Source: an uncultured cyanobacterium
Lineage (GTDB): Bacteria > Cyanobacteriota > Cyanobacteriia > PCC-9006 > JAAUQQ01
Reading direction: 5' to 3'
Length of the DNA: 64,000 bases
NCBI GenBank assembly: GCA_963718615.1
Contig: OY970368.1
Span: 4,512,001-4,576,000, forward strand
This document shows, one piece after another, positions 8,361 to 18,901 of the stretch. A program made the translations under genes and the position numbers. Below the pieces are notes generated by a model, which was given only the letters and a program-made list of their open reading frames with translations, was not told where the DNA came from and ran no database searches. The first letter of the stretch is position 1. Each line of letters begins with the position of its first letter.

Positions 8361-9098
8361 ATGGCTTGGCAACGTCCCGATGGTCGGCATTCCCAACAAT
8401 TGCGACCGATTGTGTTTGAGCGGGGCTTTACCCGGACCCCAGCGGGTTCGGTCTTGGCTAGCTGCGGCGAAACGAAGGTGCTTTGTACCGTCAGCGTGGA
8501 AGAAGGGGTGCCGCGTTTTTTGAAGGATAGCGGTCAGGGTTGGCTCACGGCGGAATATCGCATGTTGCCGGGGTCCACCCCAGAGCGCCAGCGGCGAGAG
8601 TTGATGAAACTGTCAGGGCGAACCCAGGAGATTCAGCGGTTGATTGGGCGCAGTTTGCGGGCAGCCCTCGACATGGACGTTTTAGGGGAGCGAACGCTGA
8701 CTGTCGATGCGGATGTGATTCAGGCCGATGGCGGTACGCGCACAACGGCGATTACCGGTGGATTTGTGGCATTGCAGGAGGCGATCGCCCAGTTGCTAAG
8801 TCAGGGCGTTTTGGCGCGATCGCCCCTCCAGCGAGGCATTGCGGCGGTCTCCGTGGGTCTGATTGACGGAGAGCCGATCCTGGACTTGAACTATCCCGAG
8901 GATGTGGCCGCGACGGTTGATTTTAATGTGGTGATGACGAGCGAGCTAGAGCTGATCGAAGTCCAGGGCACAGCCGAATCCGGCACCTATAGCCGACGAC
9001 AGCTTGACCAAATTCTCGATGTCGCAGAAACAGGCATTCAAGAACTGCTGAGACTGCAAGCCGCTGGGGCAACGCTCATCCCCTCCCATGCGGGTTGA
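8361..9098 (+). CDS. rph: Ribonuclease PH
   Basis: [42 protein letters not shown]. Confidence 0.96.
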   Translation: MAWQRPDGRHSQQLRPIVFERGFTRTPAGSVLASCGETKVLCTVSVEEGVPRFLKDSGQGWLTAEYRMLPGSTPERQRRELMKLSGRTQEIQRLIGRSLRAALDMDVLGERTLTVDADVIQADGGTRTTAITGGFVALQEAIAQLLSQGVLARSPLQRGIAAVSVGLIDGEPILDLNYPEDVAATVDFNVVMTSELELIEVQGTAESGTYSRRQLDQILDVAETGIQELLRLQAAGATLIPSHAG

Positions 9099-11782
9099 CC
9101 CTCGGCCCTATCTGCGCACCCTGCTCAAACCCAATCGTCTGGCGATCGTCGAAGCTTGCATTATTGGGGTGGTATCTGGGTTAGCGGCGATCGCCCTGCG
9201 TCGCGGAGCCGCTTTGATCGGGGGATGGCGACTGTCTCCGCCGGGTGAGCTGCCGCTTTGGCTCTGGATCCCTGGATTTGCGGCCAGTCTCTGTTTGCTC
9301 GTGGGCTGGCTGATTGAGCGAGTCGCTCCAGAAGCGGCAGGCAGCGGCATTCCCCAGGTCAAGGCGGCGTTAGCCCTAGTGCCCACAGCGATGAATTTGC
9401 GGGTGGCTCTGGTCAAGCTGGTGGGAACAGTGCTAGCCCTCGGCAGTGGCGTGCCCCTAGGACGACAAGGCCCTTCGGTCCAAGTGGGTGCCGCGCTGGC
9501 AGGACAGCTTAGCCGTTGGGTACCGACCTCCCCTGAATATCGACGGCAATTGATTGCAGCGGGGGCAGCGGCAGGCTTGGCTTCGGGGTTTAATGCGCCC
9601 ATTGCCGGGGTTTTGTTTGTCATCGAAGAATTACTCCAAGACCTGTCAGGGTTGACCCTCGGAACCGCAATTATTGCTTCGTTTATTGGGGCGGTGGTGG
9701 CCCGGTTGCTTGATGGCAAGGGGTTGGATGCCTCGGTGAGCATTATGGCCGACGCGGCGGGGATTACCTTGCAGGAGATTCCGTTGCTGCTCTTTCTAGG
9801 GCTGTTGGCCGGGGCATTGGGCGGCCTTTTTACGCGGGGAATTCTGGCGAGCTGTCGTTTTTTTAAGACCCAAGTGAGATTAACTCTGCCCGTGCGGATG
9901 TTGATCGTGGGGTTGATCATTGGTCTAGTGGTGGCGCTGCTGCCGCCGGAGTTTCGCGATAGTGCAGGCTTGCAAGAAAGTTTGCTGCGGGGCGATCGCC
10001 AGTGGCAAACCAGTGCCGTCGCCTTTTCGTTTAAGTTTGTGCTGACGCTCTTGGCCTACGGAGCAGGGATACCCGGCGGGCTGTTTGCTCCGGCGCTGTT
10101 GCTGGGGTCTGCCCTGGGGGATCTGCTGTCGTTCGCGGTCCATGCATTGCCTCAGCTCTCTTGGTGGCCGGACTCCTTGGTCATCACGATTAGTTCTGCC
10201 AGCACCTATTCCCTCGCTGGGATGGGCGCTTTTTTTAGTGCGGTGACTAAGGGGCCGATTACGGCCATCGTCATCGTCTTTGAAATGACCAATGATTTTA
10301 ATTTGGTCCTACCGCTGATGATTACCTCGATCATGGCCTACGGAGTCTCCAGCAAAATCTGTCGGGGGTCGGTCTACAATCACCTGTTGGCCATGGATGG
10401 CATTGAGCTCTTATCCAACTCGCCCCACAAGCATCTTTGGGAAACCCTCACAGCCGCCCAGGTGATGCAGCGCCAAGTCGAAACACTGGAAGCTCAGACC
10501 CCCCTGGAAGGGGTGCGACAGACCTTCAATCGATCGCACCATCGGGGGTTTCCCGTGGTTGAGCGAGGCAAGCTGGTGGGGATTATTTCTCGCTCTGATG
10601 TGGTTGCGGCCAGTACCCGTTATGACGACACCACACCGATCCGCCAACTGATGACGCCCCAGCCCGTGACGGTTGAGCCCCAGGCTTCGCTGGCCACGGT
10701 TTTACATTTATTGACGCGCCACCAGGTCAGCCGCCTGCCGGTTCTGGAGGGGCATCGCTTGGTGGGAATTATTACGCGGGCCGATATTATTCGAGCGGAG
10801 TCCGAGCAAATCGATGGTCCTGATGCGCTCCTGCCCCAACCTACAGACCCGTCCTATGTGGTCTATCAAACCAGAAGGACCCAATGTAGGTCAGGGACGA
10901 TTGCTGGTGCCCTTGTCCAATCCTCAGACGGCTCCGACGTTGCTACAAATGGCCGGGGCGATCGCCCGCCACCACCACTACGAACTGGAATGCCTCCACA
11001 TCATTACCATCCCCCGTCACCGCCGCCCCGCCGAAACCCCAGTCAGCATCGAACCTAGCCTGCGGCTGTTGCAAAAAGCCATGCGCTTGGCCCAGGATTG
11101 GGAAATAAGCGTTCATACTCAAATCCGCGTCACCCACAGCGTCTCTCAGGCCATTCTTGAAACCATCCAGGAACGCCATATTGACCTGACACTGCTGGGA
11201 TGGCGGGGGCAGTCCCAGGGCAGCGGTCTGATTTTTAATGACACCCTGGATACCCTGATTCGGCAAGCGCCCTGTGGCATTGTGCTGGTCAAGCTCGGAC
11301 AGCACTTTAACCAGGGCGAAGTCCGCTACCCGTCGCTACTGGCTCGCCTGCATCTCAATCGCTGGCTGGTGCCCACCTCCGGGGGGCCGAATGCGGCCTT
11401 GGCCCTAGAACTCTTGCCCGCCTTGGTCAACCTCAGCGGAACCCCCGAAATCCAACTCTTCCAGGCCCAAAAACCCACCCAGGAGGCTCCACTGCCCTAT
11501 CAGGTCTCTGTGGAGGAAGCCCAGAATCGACTCAATGCCATGGCGAACCGCTTGGGCGAGCAGCTCAATTGTCCGATCGAAACCACAGCGGTCTGTGCCT
11601 ATTCCATTCCAGAGGCGGTTTTGGACATGGCCGACCATAAGCACTGTGATGTGATTGTTTTAGGTGCAAGTCGAGAGGGGATGTTGCAGCAGGTGATTCA
11701 GGGGAACGTGCCGGAGGCGATCGCCCGTCAAAGCCGCGCCACGGTGATTCTCGTACGGGGTCCCCTAGGGCGTCTCGGTTAA
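9088..11782 (+). CDS. ClC chloride channel/transporter with CBS pair and C-terminal universal-stress (USP) domains; apparent frameshift near 10875
   Basis: GSGIP, GRQGP and GLFAP motifs; two CBS repeats. YVVYQTR joins [16 protein letters not shown] if one A is removed from ACCAGAAGGACC. ORF 10814-11782 has tandem USP domains. Confidence 0.85.
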
Positions 11783-12664
11783 GCTTTCGCCACCCCCCAG
11801 AGTGAGGCGCAGGAGCGACGGAATCAAAATCAATAAGAACAACACCAGCCCAATGGTACAGCCATAGCTGATTTCCAACTCCCCAAAGGCTTGCTCATAG
11901 ACGTAGTAAACAATCGTCTTAGAACTGTTGATCGGCCCCCCCTGAGTCATGATGTAGACCTCTTCAAAGACCTTCGTGGCAGAAATCGACGAAATCACCG
12001 CCACCAGCACCAGGTAGGGTCGCATCAGCGGCAGCGTAATATCCCAGTGCTTTGCCAGCCCCTCAGAACCATCGATCGCCGCCGCCTCATAGAGCTCCGG
12101 CGAAATCCCCTGGAGTCCCGCCAAATAGACCACCATGTAATAGCCCAGCCCTTTCCAGACCGTCACCGCCATCACACTCAACAGCGCCAAATTTGGACTC
12201 GTTAGCCACGGAATGGGCAACAGAGCCGTCCTAAGTTTCTCATTGCCTAACACCCCCGCCAGCATCTGATTAAGCAGACCATTCTCCGCATAAAGCCAGT
12301 TCCAGGCGATCCCGGCTACCACCATCGAAATCACTACCGGGGTATAGTAGGCCAGCCGAAACCAATGGATCCCTCGCAGCTTTTGATTGACCAAAATAGC
12401 CAACCCCAAGGGCAAAATCATCAGCAACGGTACCACCCCTACCAAATACACCACCGTATTGCGCAGCGTCTTCCAAAAAGTTGCATCCCGCCAAAGCCGC
12501 TGAAAATTCTCCAGCCCGATCCACTGCGGCGGCTGGATCAAGTCGTAATGGGTAAAGCTAAAATAGAAAGCTTGGAGCGCAGGCCAAAAGACAGTGAGGC
12601 CCAGAACCAGCAGGGCAGGAAGTAGGAAAAAGTAAGGCGTTATGTTGGAGCGAAGACGGGTCAT
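11765..12664 (-). CDS. Carbohydrate ABC transporter permease (MalF/LacF family)
   Basis: EAA loop LYEAAAIDG, TQGGP, six TM segments. Confidence 0.9.
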   Translation of the reverse strand: MTRLRSNITPYFFLLPALLVLGLTVFWPALQAFYFSFTHYDLIQPPQWIGLENFQRLWRDATFWKTLRNTVVYLVGVVPLLMILPLGLAILVNQKLRGIHWFRLAYYTPVVISMVVAGIAWNWLYAENGLLNQMLAGVLGNEKLRTALLPIPWLTSPNLALLSVMAVTVWKGLGYYMVVYLAGLQGISPELYEAAAIDGSEGLAKHWDITLPLMRPYLVLVAVISSISATKVFEEVYIMTQGGPINSSKTIVYYVYEQAFGELEISYGCTIGLVLFLLILIPSLLRLTLGGGESLTETP

Positions 12665-12667
12665 GGG

Positions 12668-13216
12668 TTAATCCGGATACCAAAACATTCCCTTAATGCC
12701 TTCAGGGTCGACCATAAAACCGAGACTGCGATAGAACTCCACCACATGGGGATCCGCAAACAGCGTAATGTTGCTGATATCTTCGCTCCGCAGTTTCTTT
12801 ATCATATGTTGCATCAGAGCTTTGCCGAGTCCCTTGCCTTGAAAACCGGGATTGACCACCACATCCCAAATAGTGGCATTAAAGGCATGGTCTGAGGTAG
12901 CCCGCGAAAACCCAATCAACCGGCGGCGGTTGCCCCGCTGTTCCCACAAAGAGACGACGAGAAAACTATGTTGAATGGCCTTTTTGACCTTGCGTAGCGG
13001 TCGCCGAGACCAGCCCACAGCGTCGCAAAGTTCTTCCAGTTCATACAGGTCAATATTGCGATCTGTACTGAAGTAAAGCCGAGAGCCATTCTCGCCTTGA
13101 TACGGTAAGAACTCAATCCATCGGCTGTCGAAAACCTCGACATTGCCTGCGCCCGACCGTGAAGCCGCAAAATCACTCCCCGTGAACAAGCTTTTCCAAA
13201 AACCCATGCGGCCCAA
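12668..13216 (-). CDS. GNAT acetyltransferase (Ycf52-like)
   Basis: [36 protein letters not shown]. Confidence 0.9.
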   Translation of the reverse strand: MGRMGFWKSLFTGSDFAASRSGAGNVEVFDSRWIEFLPYQGENGSRLYFSTDRNIDLYELEELCDAVGWSRRPLRKVKKAIQHSFLVVSLWEQRGNRRRLIGFSRATSDHAFNATIWDVVVNPGFQGKGLGKALMQHMIKKLRSEDISNITLFADPHVVEFYRSLGFMVDPEGIKGMFWYPD

Positions 13217-13302
13217 ATCAAATCCAGAGTAATGTTGTTGTTTACGCTCAGTACCAGTACTAGATTGTATATCCCCCTAGAGTCTACGTCTCTTTTCGAC
13301 CT

Positions 13303-14034
13303 GTGCTAACTATGTCCTCGAGCCTTCAACCTTCAACTCAGGAAAAACTCAAACGTTTTAGTCAATTATTCCCTGAGTTTTACGTACAGTTTGTCAGTAG
13401 CGAGATTCAAATTGAGAATTTAAAGCTGGCCTATCAGCTTTATCAAACGCGACAGGCCGTCATTTCTGCGGATCAAGAGGGGGAACAGACGGCAATTCAT
13501 TTTGCCGCACGGAATCAGCCAGGACTGCTGCGAGATGTGTTTGGCGTGTTGGCGGCCTACAATCTCACGGTTCATAATCTCAGTGTCCATGGCCAGGTGA
13601 AGCCACCAACGCTGATTTTTATGCGGTTGACCGTGACGCGGGGCGGTAAGGCGTTGGTGGGGAAAACCAAGGAGAATATTTGCCGTGCCCTACGAGAGGC
13701 GCTGGCGGGTCGGTTTGAGGTGGAGGAGATGCTCTCGGTGGAGCTGTTTGAGAATGATTGCCTGAGCCGGGTGCGAACGGAATTTTATATCGACCAGGTG
13801 TTCCATTTGCCGGCGCTGTTGGTGGAGGCGGAGACCCAGGATGGGGTGTTTTATAAGATGGCGAACGCGATCGCCCCAGAAAAACTCCTCGTGGTTAACG
13901 CCAATTTGATCCTCTGGCAGGGCCATACTCGTCTTATTCTTTACGTGCTCAATCATCAAGCAAATTCGATTCCAGACTATCTCGGCCATAAGATGGCAGA
14001 ACGTGTTCGAGAGCGTCTAAGTCTCTCAAGCTAG
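13303..14034 (+). CDS. Hypothetical protein with ACT-like domains
   Basis: ARNQPGLLRDVFGVLAAYNLTV resembles the ACT signature; a second degenerate unit reads AETQDGVFYKMANAI. Confidence 0.6.
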   Translation: MLTMSSSLQPSTQEKLKRFSQLFPEFYVQFVSSEIQIENLKLAYQLYQTRQAVISADQEGEQTAIHFAARNQPGLLRDVFGVLAAYNLTVHNLSVHGQVKPPTLIFMRLTVTRGGKALVGKTKENICRALREALAGRFEVEEMLSVELFENDCLSRVRTEFYIDQVFHLPALLVEAETQDGVFYKMANAIAPEKLLVVNANLILWQGHTRLILYVLNHQANSIPDYLGHKMAERVRERLSLSS

Positions 14035-14186
14035 TGCTGGCTGAGCTTTGCTGGCTTTAATTTAGTCTCGCTCACGGGCTTCTAGCCCGCTCAACACTCC
14101 GAAATTTTGCGGGGGTAACGAACCCTACCGTATTGTTGATCACCCTGCGGTTTTCGAGGACTGACCCTTCAAGCTAGGATGGAGGT

Positions 14187-15050
14187 ATGTCAAGCATCAC
14201 CATTCGTGGAACTCAACATACATACGATTTGACGGCCCCTGTGGATCATTCGCCGGAGGTTTTGGTGTTTGTCCACGGTTGGTTATTGAGTCGCAGCTAC
14301 TGGCAGCCGATGATCCAAAAACTTCGGCATTGTTTCCAGTGCTTGTCCTATGATTTGCGAGGGTTTGGGGACTCTGCCCAGGGGGAGCGATCGCCCCAGT
14401 CGGCGTTTAATCCGCTGGCCTATGGGGAAGATTTAGCGGCGCTACTGGAGGAACTTCAGATCGAGCGGGCTTGGTTGGTGGGGCATTCCCTGGGGGGGGC
14501 GATCGCCCTGTGGACCGCAGATCTCTGTCCGAAGCGGGTCGTCGGGGTGACCTGTATGAATGCGGGGGGCGGCATTTATATCGAAGAAGAGTTTCGCAAA
14601 TTCCGCAGCCTCGGCCATCAGTTGGTGAACTGGCGTCATCCCCTCTTGGGCCACATGCCACTCTTGGACTGGGCCTTTTGGAAAGCGGGTACCCATCAGC
14701 CCCTGTCCAAAAACTGGCGTAAGCAGCGACTGCGAGACTTTGTCGCGGCGGATTCCCAGGCGGCCTTAGGGGCGTTGCTGGAGAGCACGACGGAGGCGGA
14801 GGTGCTGCGGCTGCCCCCCTTGGTGGCTCAGCTTCGCCAGCCGGTGTATTTCATGGCGGGAGCCCAGGACCCGATCATGCAGCCCTGTTTTGTTCGTCAT
14901 TTGGCCAGTTTTCATTCGCTTTTTCAAGAGGCAGGGGAAAATTGGGTAGAAGTGCCTAACTGCGGTCACATGGCCATGCTGGAACAAACTGAATGGGTGG
15001 CGTCGAGACTCCAAGAAATCGTGGCAAACTCAGCGCTGCTGTCAGTTTAG
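14187..15050 (+). CDS. Alpha/beta hydrolase
   Basis: HGW, YDLRGFGDS, GHSLGG, GH near the C-terminus. Confidence 0.9.
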   Translation: MSSITIRGTQHTYDLTAPVDHSPEVLVFVHGWLLSRSYWQPMIQKLRHCFQCLSYDLRGFGDSAQGERSPQSAFNPLAYGEDLAALLEELQIERAWLVGHSLGGAIALWTADLCPKRVVGVTCMNAGGGIYIEEEFRKFRSLGHQLVNWRHPLLGHMPLLDWAFWKAGTHQPLSKNWRKQRLRDFVAADSQAALGALLESTTEAEVLRLPPLVAQLRQPVYFMAGAQDPIMQPCFVRHLASFHSLFQEAGENWVEVPNCGHMAMLEQTEWVASRLQEIVANSALLSV

Positions 15051-15095
15051 GTAAAAGCTAGACGGGGGCTAGACGGTCATTAACGCTAACGCTAA

Positions 15096-16187
15096 TTAGA
15101 CGTTAAATCGGAAGAGCATTACGTCGCCTTCCTTAACGACATATTCCTTGCCCTCACTGCGGACCATGCCCTTTTCCTTCGCAGCGTTCATACTGCCAGC
15201 AGTGACCAAATCATCGTAGGCAACGGTTTCGGCCCGAATAAAGCCCCGCTCAAAATCGCTGTGGATGACCCCCGCAGATTGGGGTGCGGTCATTCCCGCT
15301 GTAATGGTCCAGGCGCGAGTTTCCTTCGGTCCCGTCGTGAAATAGGTGCGGAGGCCCAGCAAATCGTAGGTGGCTCGGATGAGCGATCGCAATCCCCCCT
15401 CCTGTACCCCCAAGGACTCCAAGAAATCCGCCCGTTCGTCTTCCGGCAGTTCGATGAGCTCCGATTCCACCTGGGCCGACACCACTACCACCTGGGCATT
15501 TTCCTCCGCCGCAATGCCGCGCACCTGCTCCACCCAAGCATTCCCCGTGGCCAGCTCCTCTTCGGAAACATTCGCCACATAGATTAAGGGCTTCAGCGTC
15601 AGCAATTCCAACGGCTTGAGGAATACCATATCCTCATCGCTGAGCTGCATCTGGCGCACGGACTGGTTTTCGTTGAGCCCTGCTGCTACCTTTTCTAGAA
15701 CCTCCATCTCCGCCTGGGCCTCCTTGTTGGAGCGAGCCAGCTTGCGGGTGCGGTCCATACGGCGTTCCACCTGGGACAAATCCGCCAAAATCAGTTCTAG
15801 GTTGATGATTTCAATGTCTCGAACCGGGCCAATTTCGCCGGAGACATGGATAATGTCATCGTTTTCAAAACAGCGGACGACCTGGGCGATCGCATCCACC
15901 TGCCGAATATGGGATAAAAACTGATTGCCCAAGCCCTCGCCCTTGCTTGCCCCTTTGACCAACCCTGCAATATCCACAAATTCAATTCGGGTGGGCACCG
16001 TATCCGCTGAATTGGAAATCTTGGCCAAAATCGCCAGACGCGGATCGGGAACAGCCACCACCCCCACATTCGGTTCAATCGTACAAAACGGAAAATTTGC
16101 CGCCTGGGCTTGGGCATTGGCCACCAAGGCGTTAAAGAGGGTAGACTTCCCCACATTGGGGAGGCCAACGATTCCAGCTCTCAGCAT
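15096..16187 (-). CDS. ychF: Obg-family ATPase YchF
   Basis: GIVGLPNVGKST, NFPFCTIEPN, DIAGLVKGAS, C-terminal FRFNV; true start MLRAG at 16187. Confidence 0.97.
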   Translation of the reverse strand: MLRAGIVGLPNVGKSTLFNALVANAQAQAANFPFCTIEPNVGVVAVPDPRLAILAKISNSADTVPTRIEFVDIAGLVKGASKGEGLGNQFLSHIRQVDAIAQVVRCFENDDIIHVSGEIGPVRDIEIINLELILADLSQVERRMDRTRKLARSNKEAQAEMEVLEKVAAGLNENQSVRQMQLSDEDMVFLKPLELLTLKPLIYVANVSEEELATGNAWVEQVRGIAAEENAQVVVVSAQVESELIELPEDERADFLESLGVQEGGLRSLIRATYDLLGLRTYFTTGPKETRAWTITAGMTAPQSAGVIHSDFERGFIRAETVAYDDLVTAGSMNAAKEKGMVRSEGKEYVVKEGDVMLFRFNV

Positions 16188-16395
16188 AGGGGTGGGTGGG
16201 CGTTCGGGCCGGGTTAGCGTGAAATGAACATTGAGTACTGTAGCAGGTTGGGGTGCGGAATGCGGGAGCCTAGCCGGAAGGGATATCCGCAGAACAACGG
16301 TACGGAACTCAACTTGTCGGAGCTTGAGCACCAACGTTACTATCAGAGACAGAGCATCGGGAGAGCAAAGATCCAAGGCTCAAGATGGGATCAAA

Positions 16396-17838
16396 ATGAA
16401 CGTTGGATCTGACCTAGTCAATCTAAAAATGGGTAGTGAAAAATCAATTTCGCCCTGGCTCGTGGGGGGGGTCTGCCTACTCCTGGGACTGGGCGGCGGT
16501 GGCGCGCTGACTGTGGCCCTGCGTCAGCAGGGAGCCGTGAGTCAAGAATTAATGCAAAGCCTGACGCAACCCGTCGAGGTCACGAAGCTAACGCGCAAAA
16601 TTAATGCCAATGGCAGCGTTGTGCCGGTGCGCAGCGTCAACTTGAGCCCCAAGAATGCGGGGCGGCTAGAGGAAGTCTTTGTGAAACAGGGCGATCGCCT
16701 CAAAACCGGTGATCTGATTGCCCTGATGGAAAGCCGCGAAATCGATGCCCAAATCGTCCAAGCCAAAGCGCGCTTGGCCCAGGCCCAGGCGAGGCTAACG
16801 GAGGTCCAAGCCGGAGAAACGGACAACACCGTGGCCCAGCGGGATGAAACGGTCCGGCAGGCTCGGGATCAAATCACCATTGAAACCTTCGCCGTTCAAG
16901 AGTACGAAGCCCAATTGGCAGAGGCTCAGGCCCAGCTTAAGCTAGCCCAGCAGCAATACAATCGCAATCGTCAGTTGGCCGCAGAGGGGGCGATTTCTCG
17001 CGATCGCCTCGATGAGCTAGCCTCCGCCCTCCGCCGTGCCCAAGCCGGTGTTGACCGCGCCCAGGCGTCGCTGGAGCGGGGCAGAACGGGCCGGACCCTC
17101 GCCCAATCCAAACTGGACGAAGCCCAACTGCGTCGCACCGATGCCCAAGGCAGCAGCCGTCCGGAGCTCGTGGCCCAGGCCCAAGCCCAGGTGGCAGAAG
17201 CCCTGGGTCAAGTTCAGGCCGCTGAAGTGCAAAAACAGGACACGCGCATCACAGCCCCCTTCGACGGCATTATTACCCAGCGCTACGCCGACCCTGGGGC
17301 CTTTGTCACCCCCACGACCTCTGCCTCCAGCACCGCCAGCGCCACCTCTACATCCGTAGTGGCCTTGGCCCAGGGGCTAGAAATTTTGGCCAACATTCCA
17401 GAAGTGGACATTGATCAAATTCGAGAAGGACAAACGGTGGAAATCACGGTCGATGCCTTCCCGGAGCAAGTGTTTCGGGGTGAGGTCCGGCTGATTTCGC
17501 CGGAGGCGGTCAAAGAGCAAAACGTGACGTCGTTTCAGGTGCGGGTGGCGTTGCGCACGGGAGAAAATGAGCTGCGATCGGGCATGAATGCGGATCTAAC
17601 GTTTCTGGGGAGTACCATCGACCAGGCGCTAGTGGTACCCACCGTGGCGATCGTTACACGGGAAGGAAAAACGGGGCTGCTCTTACCCAATGCCAAGAAT
17701 GAACCGGAGTTCAAGGAAGTTACAACCGGTGTCACCCTGGGCAACCAAACACAAATTTTGAGTGGGGCGCAGGTGGGCGATCGCGTCTTTATCGACCTCC
17801 CCCCTGGACGACGGTTCCAAGAAGAACAGAAGCCCTAG
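16396..17838 (+). CDS. Efflux periplasmic adaptor (HlyD/MacA family); start uncertain
   Basis: N-terminal TM, V-K-Q-G-D lipoyl half, long coiled coil, ITAPFDG, LRSGMN. Confidence 0.88.
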   Translation: MNVGSDLVNLKMGSEKSISPWLVGGVCLLLGLGGGGALTVALRQQGAVSQELMQSLTQPVEVTKLTRKINANGSVVPVRSVNLSPKNAGRLEEVFVKQGDRLKTGDLIALMESREIDAQIVQAKARLAQAQARLTEVQAGETDNTVAQRDETVRQARDQITIETFAVQEYEAQLAEAQAQLKLAQQQYNRNRQLAAEGAISRDRLDELASALRRAQAGVDRAQASLERGRTGRTLAQSKLDEAQLRRTDAQGSSRPELVAQAQAQVAEALGQVQAAEVQKQDTRITAPFDGIITQRYADPGAFVTPTTSASSTASATSTSVVALAQGLEILANIPEVDIDQIREGQTVEITVDAFPEQVFRGEVRLISPEAVKEQNVTSFQVRVALRTGENELRSGMNADLTFLGSTIDQALVVPTVAIVTREGKTGLLLPNAKNEPEFKEVTTGVTLGNQTQILSGAQVGDRVFIDLPPGRRFQEEQKP

Positions 17839-17871
17839 AAACCAAATCTAAAACCAAATCTAAAAACCAAA
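17839..17871 (+). repeat. Short intergenic tandem repeat AAACCAAATCTA (about 2.7 copies)
   Basis: Seen directly between the convergent adaptor gene and rpmB. Confidence 0.8.
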
Positions 17872-17930
17872 GACCCCTCTTCCAAAACGGAAGAGAGGCA
17901 CAGATGAGGGCTCGTGCGGCAAGAATGGGT

Positions 17931-18167
17931 CTAAAACTTGTTGAGATCCAGTCCCGCTTCCTTCGCCATGGCTCCAATGCCCCTTTTTTCGAGGGTTTTG
18001 ATCGCCTTGGTCGAGAGCCGCAGCTTCACCCAGCGATTGCCCTCGGGCCACCAGACCCGCTTGTCCTGCAAGTTGGCATGCTGCAATCGCTTGGTCCGCC
18101 GATGGGAGTGAGAGACGGCGTAGCCGTTATTGGCCTTCTTTCCGGTCAGTTGGCATTTCCGCGACAT
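17931..18167 (-). CDS. rpmB: 50S ribosomal protein L28
   Basis: [27 protein letters not shown]. Confidence 0.97.
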   Translation of the reverse strand: MSRKCQLTGKKANNGYAVSHSHRRTKRLQHANLQDKRVWWPEGNRWVKLRLSTKAIKTLEKRGIGAMAKEAGLDLNKF

Positions 18168-18901
18168 GGGTTTCTCCGGAGCCCTTGGGTAAACGACGAT
18201 TTTTTCCAAACCCTGATTTTACAGGATGATTGGCGAAAATGCCTAATGTTTTAAAGCGGCAGTGAAGCGCTCGGTACTACTCCGGGAAAAAACCGAGAGA
18301 GACAGAAGTAATCAAAACATACAGACTGCGCATTATCCCGAGCATTAATCTTCAGCTTTTTTGGAGGTAAATTTGAGGATCGCCTGCGCAGTCAATGAAA
18401 ATCAGACAAATTATCTAAATAAATATACGGATCTGTTCTTGGACTTTGCGAAAACCATAAAAGCAATCGACTCAGGCATTTCACGGGCGTATCAAAAATT
18501 ATTCAGCAAGAGCTAATTCTCTTAGCTCTACATCAGTCAATGTTTTTGGATATTTTTGATACTAACTTTTGAGACTCGGAGCTTAAGCGGATACACGGTT
18601 TTGCAATGTTCAGCACATTGAAGATTCACAAAGAAAACAAGTTTTCTATATCATCTCCGGATTTATCTTCTCCTAGTATGGTTCCTATATGCCGAGTTCC
18701 CCCTCGGCGCACCCTGCAAGGCAAGAATGTCATAACTCACGGTGCACCCAAGATATTTGAAAACGCTTAAGGACGTTCACTCAGGCGTGCTTGCATGAGC
18801 TAATTTCGCTCGTTTAGGTTTTGGCGAATTGCACAAGGAAGATCGTCCATACAGGCCCTTTGGGGTCTCAGTTTTTGCTGCAACTAAGGAAGAGAAGTGA
18901 C

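Noticed and set aside
15096-16376. 63-residue N-terminal extension of YchF, and the extension of the adaptor ORF from 16231
   Set aside because: The extensions overlap each other head to head; the YchF family start MLRAG is at 16187.
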